Shown here piece by piece: positions 1-25,013 of a stretch of 64,000 bases of DNA; the stretch's first letter is position 1, and every line of letters starts with the position of its first letter. Under the pieces are notes generated by a model, which did not search any database, was not told where the DNA came from, and saw nothing but the letters and a program-made list of their open reading frames with translations. Position numbers and translations under genes: made by a program. Source of the stretch: Macrostomum lignano (Eukaryota); the NCBI GenBank assembly GCA_002269645.1, contig NIVC01000051.1:496001-560000 (forward strand), given 5' to 3'.

Positions 1-1128
1 CTTAAGACACTATAGTTGAGGGTATCCATAGTCACCTGGTGCCACCTGTTGAAGGCTACCGATGCCGTTAGGATGAGGACGGAGTGCTTAAGACACTATA
101 GTTGAGGGTATCCATAGTCACCTGGTGCCACCTGTTGAAGGCTACCGATGCCGTTAGGATGAGGACTGAGTGCTTAAGACACTATAGTTGAGGGTATCCA
201 TAGTCACCTGGTGCCACCTGTTGAAGGCTACCGATGCCGTTAGGATGAGGACAGAGTGCTTAAGACACTATAGTTGAGGGTATCCATAGTCACCTGGTGC
301 CACCTGTTGAAGGCTACCGATGCCGTTAGGATGAGGACGGAGTGCTTAAGACACTATAGTTGAGGGTATCCATAGTCACCTGGTGCCACCTGTTGAAGGC
401 TACCGATGCCGTTAGGATGAGGACGGAGTGCTTAAGACACTATAGTTGAGGGTATCCATAGTCACCTGGTGCCACCTGTTGAAGGCTACCGATGCCGTTA
501 GGATGAGGACTGAGTGCTTAAGACACTATAGTTGAGGGTATCCATAGTCACCTGGTGCCACCTGTTGAAGGCTACCGATGCCGTTAGGATGAGGACGGAG
601 TGCTTAAGACACTATAGTTGAGGGTATCCATAGTCACCTGGTGCCACCAGTTGAAGGCTACCGATGCCGTTAGGATGAGGACGGAGTGCTTAAGACACTA
701 TAGTTGAGGGTATCCATAGTCACCTGGTGCCACCTGTTGAAGGCTACCGATGCCGTTAGGATGAGGACGGAGTGCTTAAGACACTATAGTTGAGGGTATC
801 CATAGTCACCTGGTGCCACCTGTTGAAGGCTACCGATGCCGTTAGGATGAGGACGGAGTGCTTAAGACACTATAGTTGAGGGTATCCATAGTCACCTGGT
901 GCCACCTGTTGAAGGCTACCGATGCCGTTAGGATGAGGACGGAGTGCTTAAGACACTATAGTTGAGGGTATCCATAGTCACCTGGTGCCACCAGTTGAAG
1001 GCTACCGATGCCGTTAGGATGAGGACGGAGTGCTTAAGACACTATAGTTGAGGGTATCCATAGTCACCTGGTGCCACCTGTTGAAGGCTACCGATGCCGT
1101 TAGGATGAGGACGGAGTGCTTAAGACAC
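1..1128. repeat. 86-bp tandem repeat, 13 near-identical copies, cut by the window start
   Basis: Unit cttaagacactatagttgagggtatccatagtcacctggtgccacctgttgaaggctaccgatgccgttaggatgaggacggagtg recurs every 86 bp with only single-base variants. Confidence 0.98.
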
Positions 1129-1831
1129 TTAAGTGCTTAAGTGTTTAAGAATATGCATGGCGCATATGGTAAGAATCCGACCTTCTGGCGACTTGATTCT
1201 CACTCAAGAAGTTTAAGAAGCTTTAAGTTTGTATGTACTACTAGCTTTTTCAACTAGCGCTTATTCCATCATCCAGGGAGAGATGGGAGGTAAAGAGAAT
1301 GGAGATGTGAGAGAAGGGAGCAAGATGAAATACGTTTGGAGATAGAGAAGTGAGGCGCAGAAAAATAAGGAATCGTAATTCAAAGGCGATTTCCAGACCG
1401 ACAGGCAGGCAAACAGACAGCCAGCCAGCCAGCAGACAGGCAAACACACAGACCCGATGAAAACGGTACCCAGGCTAAGAAGCGTCTGTCACTTGCGTCG
1501 CCCCAGAGCTGTTTGAGAGTCATTGCAGGTAATACAGGTACGAGAATAGGAAAAAAGTGACTCACGTCTCTAAAACGACGTGACGCATTTTGCATTTATA
1601 ACAACTCCATTTAGTCTACTTGAGTTAGTAGAAAGTTAAGCGTTAACACAGCGACTCTTGGACAACTGTTTCGTGACTCTTTAATTATGCAACAAGTCGC
1701 TTCTACGTCGCATACAGTCGTTTGAGTCGTGAAGGTCTCAAGAGTTGCCCCAGAGTCGTTAGAGTCACTACTGAGTTGTTTGCAATGACTCTTTATCGAT
1801 TCTTGTCACGGTAACGTTTTCAACGGGAAAT

Positions 1832-1832
<1 letters not shown>

Positions 1833-1865
<33 letters not shown>

Positions 1866-1868
1866 CTC

Positions 1869-1905
<37 letters not shown>

Positions 1906-1940
1906 CTCAGACAGACAGACAGACAGACAGACAGACACTC

Positions 1941-2011
<71 letters not shown>

Positions 2012-2058
2012 CAGACAGACGGACAGATAGACAGCAGACAGGCAGGCAGCAGACAGAC

Positions 2059-2093
<35 letters not shown>

Positions 2094-2224
2094 GCCTGTC
2101 AGACAGACAGAAAGACAGACAGCCTGTCAGACAGACAGAAAGACAGACAGCCTGTCAGACAGACAGAAAGACAGACAGCCTGTCAGACAGACACTAAGAC
2201 AGACAGCCTGTCAGACAGACACTA

Positions 2225-2269
<45 letters not shown>

Positions 2270-2284
2270 CTAAGACAGACACTA

Positions 2285-2345
<61 letters not shown>
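1833..2345. repeat. (CAGA)n microsatellite with CACTCAG/CACTAAG and GCCTGT interruptions
   Basis: Read directly; lies just downstream of the last detected COG7 exon. Confidence 0.97.
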
Positions 2346-2347
<2 letters not shown>

Positions 2348-2359
2348 GGTGAAACTAAC

Positions 2360-5300
2360 CTGGTCGCTAGTTGCAGTCGCAGCGCCATCCTCAGTCTCAG
2401 CGGCCTGTTGCTGCTGCTGCCCCAGCCTCTGATGCTGCTGATGGTGATGATGCTGCAGCATCTGGGTGAGACCGGAGTGAGCAATAGCGGACCTGAGGCC
2501 AGGTGTATCGGCAGACAGGAAGGGCCCCAGCTGCTGAGGCAGGTGCAGCAGGTACTGCCCAACCTGGGCAACGCACTCGCTGGCTAAATAACCAAAAGCC
2601 GGCAGTTGCTGAGCTGCAGCCGGATCGTCGGGTCTGAAGGTTTTTTTTCAATTTTTTACCTCTTACTTTTTTAATATATGCTACTTCCAAAAGCATAAAT
2701 GAGTAGTAAAACGCGAGCAATACGCTCGTATGTAAGTGAGAGGAAAAAGAGTTAACTGATTGAAGCAGGATGCTAAATTTGTTACATTTGTCTATGGCAA
2801 CACCGCATTTAACGCTTCATAGAGAACGAATCATTGATAACACTACACCAGCACCAGGATTCGGCAAACTATTTTTACTTAAAAGGCCAGATAGAGAACC
2901 TCTAGGCTAGGCGGGCTAGCGCATGACTGCAGGCCAGAGGAGGGAGGAGAGAGGAGAGAGAGAAGAAGAAAAGGAGAGAGGAGAGAAGGGAGAGGAGAGG
3001 AGAAGAGATGAGAGAAGAGGAGGAGGAGAGAGAAGAGGAAGAGAGAGGAGAGAGAAGAGAGGAGAGGGAGAGGAGAAGGAAAAGAGGAGAGATGAGAGAA
3101 GGGAAAGAAGAGAGCAGAGAGAGAGAGAGAGGAAAGTAGTTGAAAGAAAGTAGAGTAGAGGAAAAGAGACACAAACCTTGAGCGGACCAGAGTTTGCCGA
3201 CCCCTGCACTACACACTGTAGTCTCCCAGGTAATTAGTCGTAATCTTCACTGACAGAAACTCGCAGCTTAGTAAACATGCGCTATGAACTACGCACTGCA
3301 CCAAGCAATTCCAATACACGCATACAAGTTACCTTGGCGACCAGCAAGGCAAGCCGGGCAGAGCGCTTAACAGCCTGTCAACAGGCTTAGCCAACAGGCC
3401 AAACAGCAGGCGGTGCTGCTCCCTGCAGAATGCCTGACAGGAGGCGCGCATCTCGCGCAGCCAGCCAGGCTGTCGGCCGTCTTGCAGCGCGCTGATCAAC
3501 TCGCGCAGCAGGCGCCGGTCGTCCTCGGCGCTGTCGGCATAAACCAGCACAGTCCAGTCGGGCAGGCGCAGCTGGTCAGAGCTGGCCGCAGCTGTCAGGC
3601 AGCTGTCCGAGAATTCAACGGCAAACTGGGCGGCGGCATCCACCAGACGGCCCAGCAGGCAGCCGGTGCGAAGTATGACGCCAACAGCTGACCAATCGTC
3701 CGACGGGTCGGGCAGCTTGGCCCGGACATTGCCCAACACTCTGGACAGCTCGCGCAGGTAGTTGGCCAGGTGCGCCGGCAGAAGGCGGGCTAGGCGAGCC
3801 GAGCAGACAGGCGGACTGACGGTCAGGCACGCTGAGGACAGGCGGCTAGCGGAGGACATGGCAAGGGGGGTGGCGTTCTCTAACAAGCCCAGAGTGTCGT
3901 CAACATCGGATTGATCCATGGGGATGGCGCCCAGATCGCTGGACAGTTGCTGGGCGGCTGCCTGCTCGATGTCGGCTAGCAGATTCGGACAAGCCGGACG
4001 AAGCAAGCCGGACAGAGCGGCTGTCCGAGATTCTTCCATAGCCGAGGAGGTGCCGTCGTGGGCAGCGGCGGCTGGGAATAGATCGGCCAGATCGGCGGCG
4101 GATCGGCACATGATGCTTAAACGTCGAAGGGACACGTGAAGGTCAGGCTGGGCGGCATCAGCGACAGTGGACTTGGGTCGGACAACGTCCGGTATGGAGG
4201 GTCGCAACGCTGGCAAAGCGCGAGCCAGACAGTCCAGCACGAGCCGGCGGCAGTCGGACAGCAGGCTGGCTTGCAGTTCGCGACGGCAGGCGCTAAGCAG
4301 AGCGTCTAGCGACGATTCGGCAGTTTCCACTGCTTTGGCTGCTGAAAGTTGAGCAGCAGGGTGAGGTACCGACATGTATCGAAAAAATTAGTAAAATTAA
4401 ATCAATTTTTTTAATACACATATCGCCTGACAGTCTCGCTTTTGTTAAATGTTTGATAATTTCGCCGATATGCATTGAAAACTATTATCCCAGTAAAGAG
4501 CTATTATTTAGTCCGACGATAAAATTAACAATCGCCGATATGTATCGAAAACTATTATTCCAATAAAAAGCCCGACGATAGTCGGACGATAAAATAAAAA
4601 AATCGCCGATATGTTTAGAAAACCTATTATTCCGGTAGAGGCATTATTTAGTCCGACAATAAAACAAAAAATTCCGATATGTATCGAAAGCTGCTATTCC
4701 AGTAGTAGAGATACTATTTAGTCCGACAAGAAAAAATCGCCGATATGTATCGAAAAAAACGGAAATGTAAATTCGAACCTTTCGAATCGGTGTCATCCTC
4801 CGAAGCGGCAGTCTTAGAGTCCTCAGCAACCTCGGCAGCTTGCTGGCTGTCGTCTTGCTTGGCTGAACCGGCGGCGGAGGCGGCGGCAGCGGACCAGACG
4901 TCGGCCAGGTGACCAGTGAGCCATCGCTGATAGTGAGTATTGGCCGCTGCCGGCCTCCCAATCCGAGCCAGCAGGCCCACCAGCCGAGCGCACTCGCCGG
5001 TGTCTCGGCCAGCGAAAGCTCGATACACGTGTACAGCTAGTTGGGCCTCGAACTGATTGCGCCAGGATTCGAGCTGCTGCTGGCGGGACGCGTAATCTGG
5101 CGAAGAGTCGAGCATGCTCAAAGACTGAGCTAGCTGAGCCAGGCGATCGGCTATGCCAGCGAGATCGTCGCTATCAAGCAGATCGTCGAGATTGGCTGAC
5201 AGACTGGTCCAGTTGTCGGCCTCTCGCAGTGCCGAGCTGGCTCGCTGTAAGCGGCTTTTTAATCTGTCAGCCTCAACTAATTTGGCCATGCTGGCCGAGG

Positions 5301-5963
5301 TCTCCTGCGTTGGTAATAATTAACTAATTTTTTATAGTTTAATTTTTTAAAAGGAAAATTTCAATTTCAATTTTTGCTGATCAATAGGCTACTATAAGTA
5401 GAGGAAGGAAATCGGATATTTCTGCTGAAGAAAATTTCATTCCTAAGAAATTCATTTTTTAAGGTTCGAAGGTAAGGCCAAATTTATGTAAAAACTACGG
5501 AATAAAACAGCAAAAACAGCGATTTACCTATCAGCTACTACAAGTAGAAAATATAGATAAAAAACGGAAATTCTGAATTTTTAATAAAAATAAGGGAGAT
5601 TTCGTTTTGATCTACTATAAGTAGTTTAAAAGCAACAAAGATAAAAATAATAAAATTACCAACCTGCTCTACCCGCTCCAATTGCGACTTGACCGACCTC
5701 AGCTGATCTTGCAACAGCAGGGCCTCCTGCTTCACCGAAGCCATCTCTCTAGCAGCCCTTGGCACCGCGGCAATTGCCGAAGTCCAGCTCTCTTCTAGTA
5801 GGGCACCAACTTCTTGCTGATAGGACTGCAGTTTAGCCAACAATCTGTTAGCCGTGTCAGCATCGTCAAGACCTTCGGGCTCGTCGGCGGCTCCAGCAGC
5901 GAATGCAGCGTTAAGCCAAGCCTTCATGTCGAAGTCTGGCTCGAAAATTGGTGTACAATCCAT
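2360..5963 (-). CDS. COG7: Conserved oligomeric Golgi complex subunit 7, partial (exons 5664-5963, 4779-5304, 3333-4341, 2360-2579; C-terminal exons not found in window)
   Basis: MDCTPIFEPDFDMKAWLNAAF...KLQSYQQEV...EADNWTSLSANLD...PDYASR and WSPSECVAQVGQYLLHLPQQLGPF match COG7 from memory (FDVKEWINAAF, EADKWSTLSADIE, IGQYIMSLPLNLEPF). GT-AG junctions keep phase (0, 1, 2). Confidence 0.92.
2849..3206. mobile_element. hAT-type non-autonomous element (MITE) with GA-rich interior, in COG7 intron 3
   Basis: Ends caggattcggcaaac (2855) and gtttgccgacccctg (3206) form an imperfect hAT-type TIR. The 8-mer cactacac is at 2841-2848 and 3207-3214; six extra bases precede the left TIR. Confidence 0.75.
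4395..4765. repeat. Degenerate tandem repeat filling COG7 intron 2
   Basis: Recurrent cgccgatatgtatcgaaaa...tattattcc...agtccgac blocks. Confidence 0.8.
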
Positions 5964-6072
5964 CGGTGTGTCTGATCTTTGTGTGCTGTGGGGTGCAATG
6001 GCGTTATAAGCTGTGAAATTAGCTGCCAACTTTAATTCAGATTTTAGCATAAATAATTAAACTGTGCTTCTG

Positions 6073-6586
6073 GAAGATGAGGATGTTCTCAAAGAGGCCT
6101 TTCCAAGAAATCCCATGGATGATGAGGATGTTCTCAAAGAGGCCTTTCCTAGAAATCCCATGGATGATGAGGATGTTCTCAAAGAGGCCTTTCCTAGAAA
6201 TCCCATGGATGATGAGGATGTTCTCAAAGAGGCCTTTCCTAGGAATCCCATGGATGATGAGGATTGTTCTCAAAGAGGCCTTTCCTAGGAATCCCATGGA
6301 TGATGAGGATTGTTCTCAAAGAGGCCTTTCCTAGGAATCCCATGGATGATGAGGATTGTTCTCAAAAAGGCCTTTCCTAGAAATCCCATGGAAGATGAGG
6401 ATGTTCTCAAAAAGGCCTTTCCTAGAAATCCCATGGAAGATGAGGATGTTCTCAAAGAGGTCTTTCCTAGAAATCCAATGGATGATGAGGATGTTCTCAA
6501 AGAGGTCTTTCCTAGAAATCCCATGGAAGATGAGGATGTTCTCAAAGTGGTCTTTCCTAGAAATCCCATGGATGATGAGGATTGTT
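6073..6586. repeat. 45/46-bp minisatellite just 5' of COG7
   Basis: Unit gatgatgaggatgttctcaaagaggcctttcctagaaatcccatg, about 11 copies. Confidence 0.95.
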
Positions 6587-6967
6587 CTATGGTGACTTTT
6601 CTGGAACAATTCTATATAAGAAATTAAAAGAAAAAATCAAACATGACAAAACACATTAACTGTCAGCTACAGGAATGTAAAAGTATTAATATTTTGTTGC
6701 TAAATTTATTTTATAGCAATACTTACATGTAATTGATAAAAAAAATCTGAGGGATTATCACAGTAAAAATCAGAATCACAGCCATCTATCAATGTCAATA
6801 TCGTTAGCAAGAAAGCTTAAAATTAGCATGTTTACAGTTAGCAATGCTCAATATCTTCCAAAGCGTTGGAGTAACTTCGGTGATATAAGTACTAACATTA
6901 AAATACAAAATTTAAATTTGATTTTAGGAATAAATTATAGATTAACAGTTATTAATTATACTAGAAT

Positions 6968-7572
6968 GGTGGTTGGCCTGACTGGGCAGGAATTAAGTAC
7001 ACTGGGGGAGTGAGGTGGCTGGCCTGACTGGGCAGGAATTAAGTACACTAGGGGAGTGAGTTGGTTGGCCTTACTGGGCAGGAATTAAGTAAACTTGGGG
7101 AGTGAGGTGGCTGGCCTGACTGGGCAGGAATTAAGTACACTGGGGAGTGAGGTGGTTGGCCTGACTGGGCAGGAATTAAGTACACTGGGGGAGTGAGGTG
7201 GTTGGCCTGACTGGGCAGGAATAAGTACACTAGGGGAGTGAGTTGACTGGCCTGACTGGGCAGGAATTAAGTACACTGGGGGAGGAGGTGGCTGGCCTGA
7301 CTGGGCAGGAATTAAGTACACTTGGGGAGTGAGTTGGCTGGCCTGACTGGGCAGGAATTAAGTACACTGGGGGAGGAGGTGGCTGGCCTGACTGGGCAGG
7401 AATAAGTACACTGGGGGAGTGAGGTGGTTGGCCTGAATGGGCAGGAATAAGTACACTGGGGGAGGAGGTGGCTGGCCTGACTGGGCAGGAATAAGTACAC
7501 TGGGGGAGGAGGTGGCTGGCCTGACTGGGCAGGAATAAGTACACTTGGAGAGTGAGTTGGCTGGCCTGACTA
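6968..7572. repeat. ~42-46-bp G-rich minisatellite in the CYBA-COG7 spacer
   Basis: Unit ggcctgactgggcaggaattaagtacactgggggagtgaggtggct, about 13 copies. Confidence 0.95.
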
Positions 7573-7660
7573 GGGCTTCAATTATTTTCGTATCTCAGAA
7601 TTGAATATGGACTGTATTAGTAGATAAAGATTTAATTACACAGAGTTTAGTTTTGCAAAA

Positions 7661-9234
7661 TCAATAATTAGAGAATCCGCCACTATTAGTCAGTTCAGTT
7701 TGCGACTGCGGCATAGGCGGCGGCTGCGTTGGTAAACTCATACCTCGGCCACCTGCCGGCAGATAAGCTCTATTCTTGGCATCAGATTCTGGTAGGCAAA
7801 ACTTCTCTCCGCGTAGTGTAGCAGCTAGATAAAGACAGGCCGATATTAACAAAGACAATGACGGCGCAGTCAATGGTAGGCAGAACAGGCAGGGCAAAGC
7901 TACAACCAGATGGAGAACGCATCGAGTGTACAGCTTGCCAATTAGTGGCCACCGAAACAGAGGGTACAGACGGCTTTGCCAGCGTCTCTCGACTTTGAAG
8001 GCCCGGGGATACTCCAGCAGGGCTAGCAGTGGGCCCAGCAATAAGCCGTAGATTCCCAGGCCCCAACGAGAGCCGCCAGCGGCAATGGCGAATACGCTGG
8101 AGGCGGTGAGAATGCCAGCAGATAGCAGGCTGTTCTCATTGGCTAGCGGGGAGATTTCCTGCGGAATTGTGTTTGATCGAATAATGGGCGGGTGCACACA
8201 TTGCACACGTACTTCGATTCGCTTATCTACTGTATTACCATCTACCTATTTGAGCATAGTCTACCTATGGAGTCTACCATATCTGATATTTTCTAAGAAA
8301 CCTACACGTGGAGTCTATCGAATCTCTTATCAGAGTCTACCCTATCTACTATCATAGTCTACCATATCTACCATCAGAGTCCACTCTATCTACTATCAGA
8401 GTCTACCCTATCTACTATCAGAGTCAGCCTGTCTACTATCGGAGTCTACCCTGTCTACTATCGGAGTCTATCCTATCTACTATCGGAGTCTACCCTATCT
8501 ACTATCGGAGTCAGCCTGTCTACTATCGGAGTCTACCCTGTCTACTATCGGAGTCTATCCTATCTACTATCGGAGTCTACCCTATCTACTATCGGAGTCT
8601 AGCGTATCTACTATCGGAGTCTACCCTGTCTACTATCAGAGTCTATCCTATCTACTATCGGAGTCTACCCTATCTACTATCGGAGTCTACCCTATCTACT
8701 ATCAGAGTCTACCCTATCTACTATCGGAGTCTACCCTATCTACTATCGGAGTCTACCCTATCTACTATCGGAGTCTACCCTATCTACTATCGGAGTCTAC
8801 CCTATCTACTATCAGAGTCTACCCTATCTACTATCGGAGTCTACCCTATCTACTATCGGAGTCTACCATATCTACTATCGGAGTCTACCCTATCTACTAT
8901 CGGAGTCTACCCTATCTACTATCGGAGTCTACCCTATCTACTATCAGAGTCTACCCTATCTACTATCGGAGTCTACCCTATCTACTATCAGAGTCTACCC
9001 TATCTACTATCGGAGTTTACCCTATCTAAGATAACCTACTTATGGAGTCTACCATATCCTTGATGAGACAGCACTTTAATCTAATTAATGCTATTAAATA
9101 TTAACTAAACTATACAAATAACTATTAACAAAAGGAATTTATATTAAGAGTAGAAAGAGTAACGTTTATTTAAAAAGACAATGCCACGGGGAGCGCAAAC
9201 TCATGGACGCACCAATAGGAAAATGCTGAGCCAT
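7661..9234 (-). CDS. CYBA: Cytochrome b-245 light chain (p22phox); preferred model joins a 22-nt exon 9213-9234 to exon 7661-8142
   Basis: ANENSLLSAG...LLEYPR...YTRCVLHL...LYLAATLRGE...PTQPPPMP aligns to p22phox (WANEQALASG, LLEYPRG, YVRAVLHL, IYLLAAVRGE, PPSNPPPRP). The main exon has no in-frame ATG. Micro-exon ATG GCT CAG CAT TTT CCT ATT G|gtgcgt is phase-compatible with ctag|CCAATGAG (504 nt total). The first exon is less certain than the identity. Confidence 0.88.
8308..9060. repeat. 22-bp minisatellite in the predicted CYBA intron
   Basis: Unit gagtctaccctatctactatcg, about 30 copies. Confidence 0.96.
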
Positions 9235-9439
9235 TTGTAAATTTAACAAACCATATAAATTAATAATAGAAAATTAAGTTTTTAAATAGTAAAACAAGTA
9301 CCGCTGTATTGAATAATAATGATATAAAATACTACTACAAGTATCAGTAGTACAAAATGCAAACGCTTAGAATACGAGTATAACTCGGGAGAACAAAATA
9401 TTTATTAAAAAACTGCTTTGTCTGTCTCACAAATTCACA

Positions 9440-9900
9440 GTTGATACCAAATCTACCCAGATTGGACACCAAATCTACCCAGATTGGACACCAAATCTAC
9501 CCAGATTGGACACCAAATCTACCCAGATTGGACACCAAATCTACCCAGATTGGACACCAAATCTACCCAGATTGGACACCAAATCTACCCAGATTGGACA
9601 CCAAATCTACCCAGATTGGACACCAAATCTACCCAGATTGGACACCAAATCTACCCAGATTGGACACCAAATCTACCCAGATTGGACACCAAATCTACCC
9701 AGATTGGACACCAAATCTACCCAGATTGGACACCAAATCTACCCAGATTGGACACCAAATCTACCCAGATTGGACACCAAATCTACTCAGATTTGACACC
9801 AAATCTACCCAGATTTGACACCAAATCTACTCAGATTTGACACCAAATCTACTCAGATTGGACATCAAATCTACCCAGATTGGACACCAAATCTACCCGA
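9440..9900. repeat. 22-bp minisatellite in the FANCI-CYBA spacer
   Basis: Unit ttggacaccaaatctacccaga, about 20 copies. Confidence 0.97.
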
Positions 9901-9950
9901 ATCCATCCAGATTGCACTCTATATTTAGTCTGCAGGTCTGCAGGTAGATT

Positions 9951-23722
<13,772 letters not shown>

Positions 23723-24334
23723 GTTGGCAGACGTCAAAATTCTTTAAAACTTGTCGCGAATCTGAAAGCAAAATTACCTCACTGTCAGTCTTTAACAAGC
23801 TAGGCTACTAGAACTAAGTAGTAACAAAAGAGCAATAAAAGAAGTCGCGCAGTTATGCAAAATCGAATGACACAGCAGGTGTAAGGAAAATAAAACATAG
23901 TATTTGTATTTATTTAGATAGCACATTTAAAACTTACACTTCAAGCAAGCAAAAGCGGGTTAAGTATTTTTACTTTCCAAAAACTCTTTGATAACAGCAC
24001 ATATTAGAAAGTTCTACGCTACCGATACTACTGATATGAAATTTAGTACAGTAGTATATACGTTGGTTGAATGTTTTGCAAACATGCTTAGCGCGCTGTT
24101 ACACCGTAGTGAGAAAATGCAAAATAACCGAGTTTATGATGAACCCATAGACAGGCAGTAGTAGGCAACACCTTGCTCAAATTATATTACTCAAATGCAA
24201 TTCACAAACAAATCAACGGAACTGAAAGGGTTCTAAATCAATAAGGACAAGCCGTACTTTAAAACCGAAATAAGCTGGAAAGACATACTGAACTTTAATT
24301 TTAAAGGATTATTCCTATGCTAGACCAGTAATCC

Positions 24335-24897
24335 TTGTAACTCTGGCGCCATTTATTACACTTTACAGCTACAGTAAGTCCTGTAACTCTGGCGCCATTA
24401 TTACACTTACAGCTACAGTAAGTCCTGTAACTCTGGCGCCATTATTACACTTACAGCTACAGTAACCCCTGTAACTCTGGCGCCATTTATTACACTTACA
24501 GCTACAGTAATCACTCTAACTCTGGCGCCATTTTTACACTTACAGCTACAGTAATCCCTTTAACTCTGGCGCCATTTATTACACTTACAGCTACAGTAAT
24601 CCCGCTAACTCTGGCGCCATTTATTACACTTACAGCTACATTAATCCCTTTAACTCTGGCGCCATTTATTACACTTACAGCTACAGTAATCCCTGAAACT
24701 CTGGCGCCATTTATTACACTTACAGCTACAGTAATCCCTGAAACTCTGGCGCCATTTATTACACTTACAGCTACAGTAAGTCCTGTAACTCTGGCGCCAT
24801 TTATTACACTTACAGCTACAGTAAACCCTCTAACTCTGGCGCCATTTATTACACTTACAGCTACAGTAAACCCTCTAACTCTGGCGCCATTTATTAC
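24335..24897. repeat. 44-45-bp minisatellite in the CDK7-FANCI spacer
   Basis: Unit aactctggcgccatttattacacttacagctacagtaatccc(n)t, about 12-13 copies. Confidence 0.96.
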
Positions 24898-25013
24898 GTA
24901 AATGTAAAAGTGGCACCAAAATGACAGGGAATACTGCAGCTTTATATGCAATACACTTATTACAAAAAATGAAAGCAGGAACTGCCAAGTTAATTGAGTA
25001 ATCAATCAATCAA

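Noticed and set aside
1-1128. CRISPR array, or vector contamination because GACACTATAG matches part of the SP6 promoter
   Set aside because: There are no unique spacers, the whole 86 bp repeats, and the context is eukaryotic. The SP6 match is only 10 nt and lacks ATTTAGGT.
1465-1505. Possible next COG7 exon (LWGDASDRRFLAW between cag and gt)
   Set aside because: Phase fits but similarity to the expected COG7 segment is unconvincing and nothing follows it in the window.
6037-6627. Repetitive ORFs (DDEDVLKEAFPRNPM)n and others
   Set aside because: By-products of a 45/46-bp minisatellite, open in several frames and broken by 46-bp units.
24511-25005. (INGARVSGITVAVSV)n ORF resembling a beta-helix or ice-binding protein
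   Set aside because: Translation of the 45-bp array; outer units are 44 bp and shift frame, and there is no credible start or splice context.
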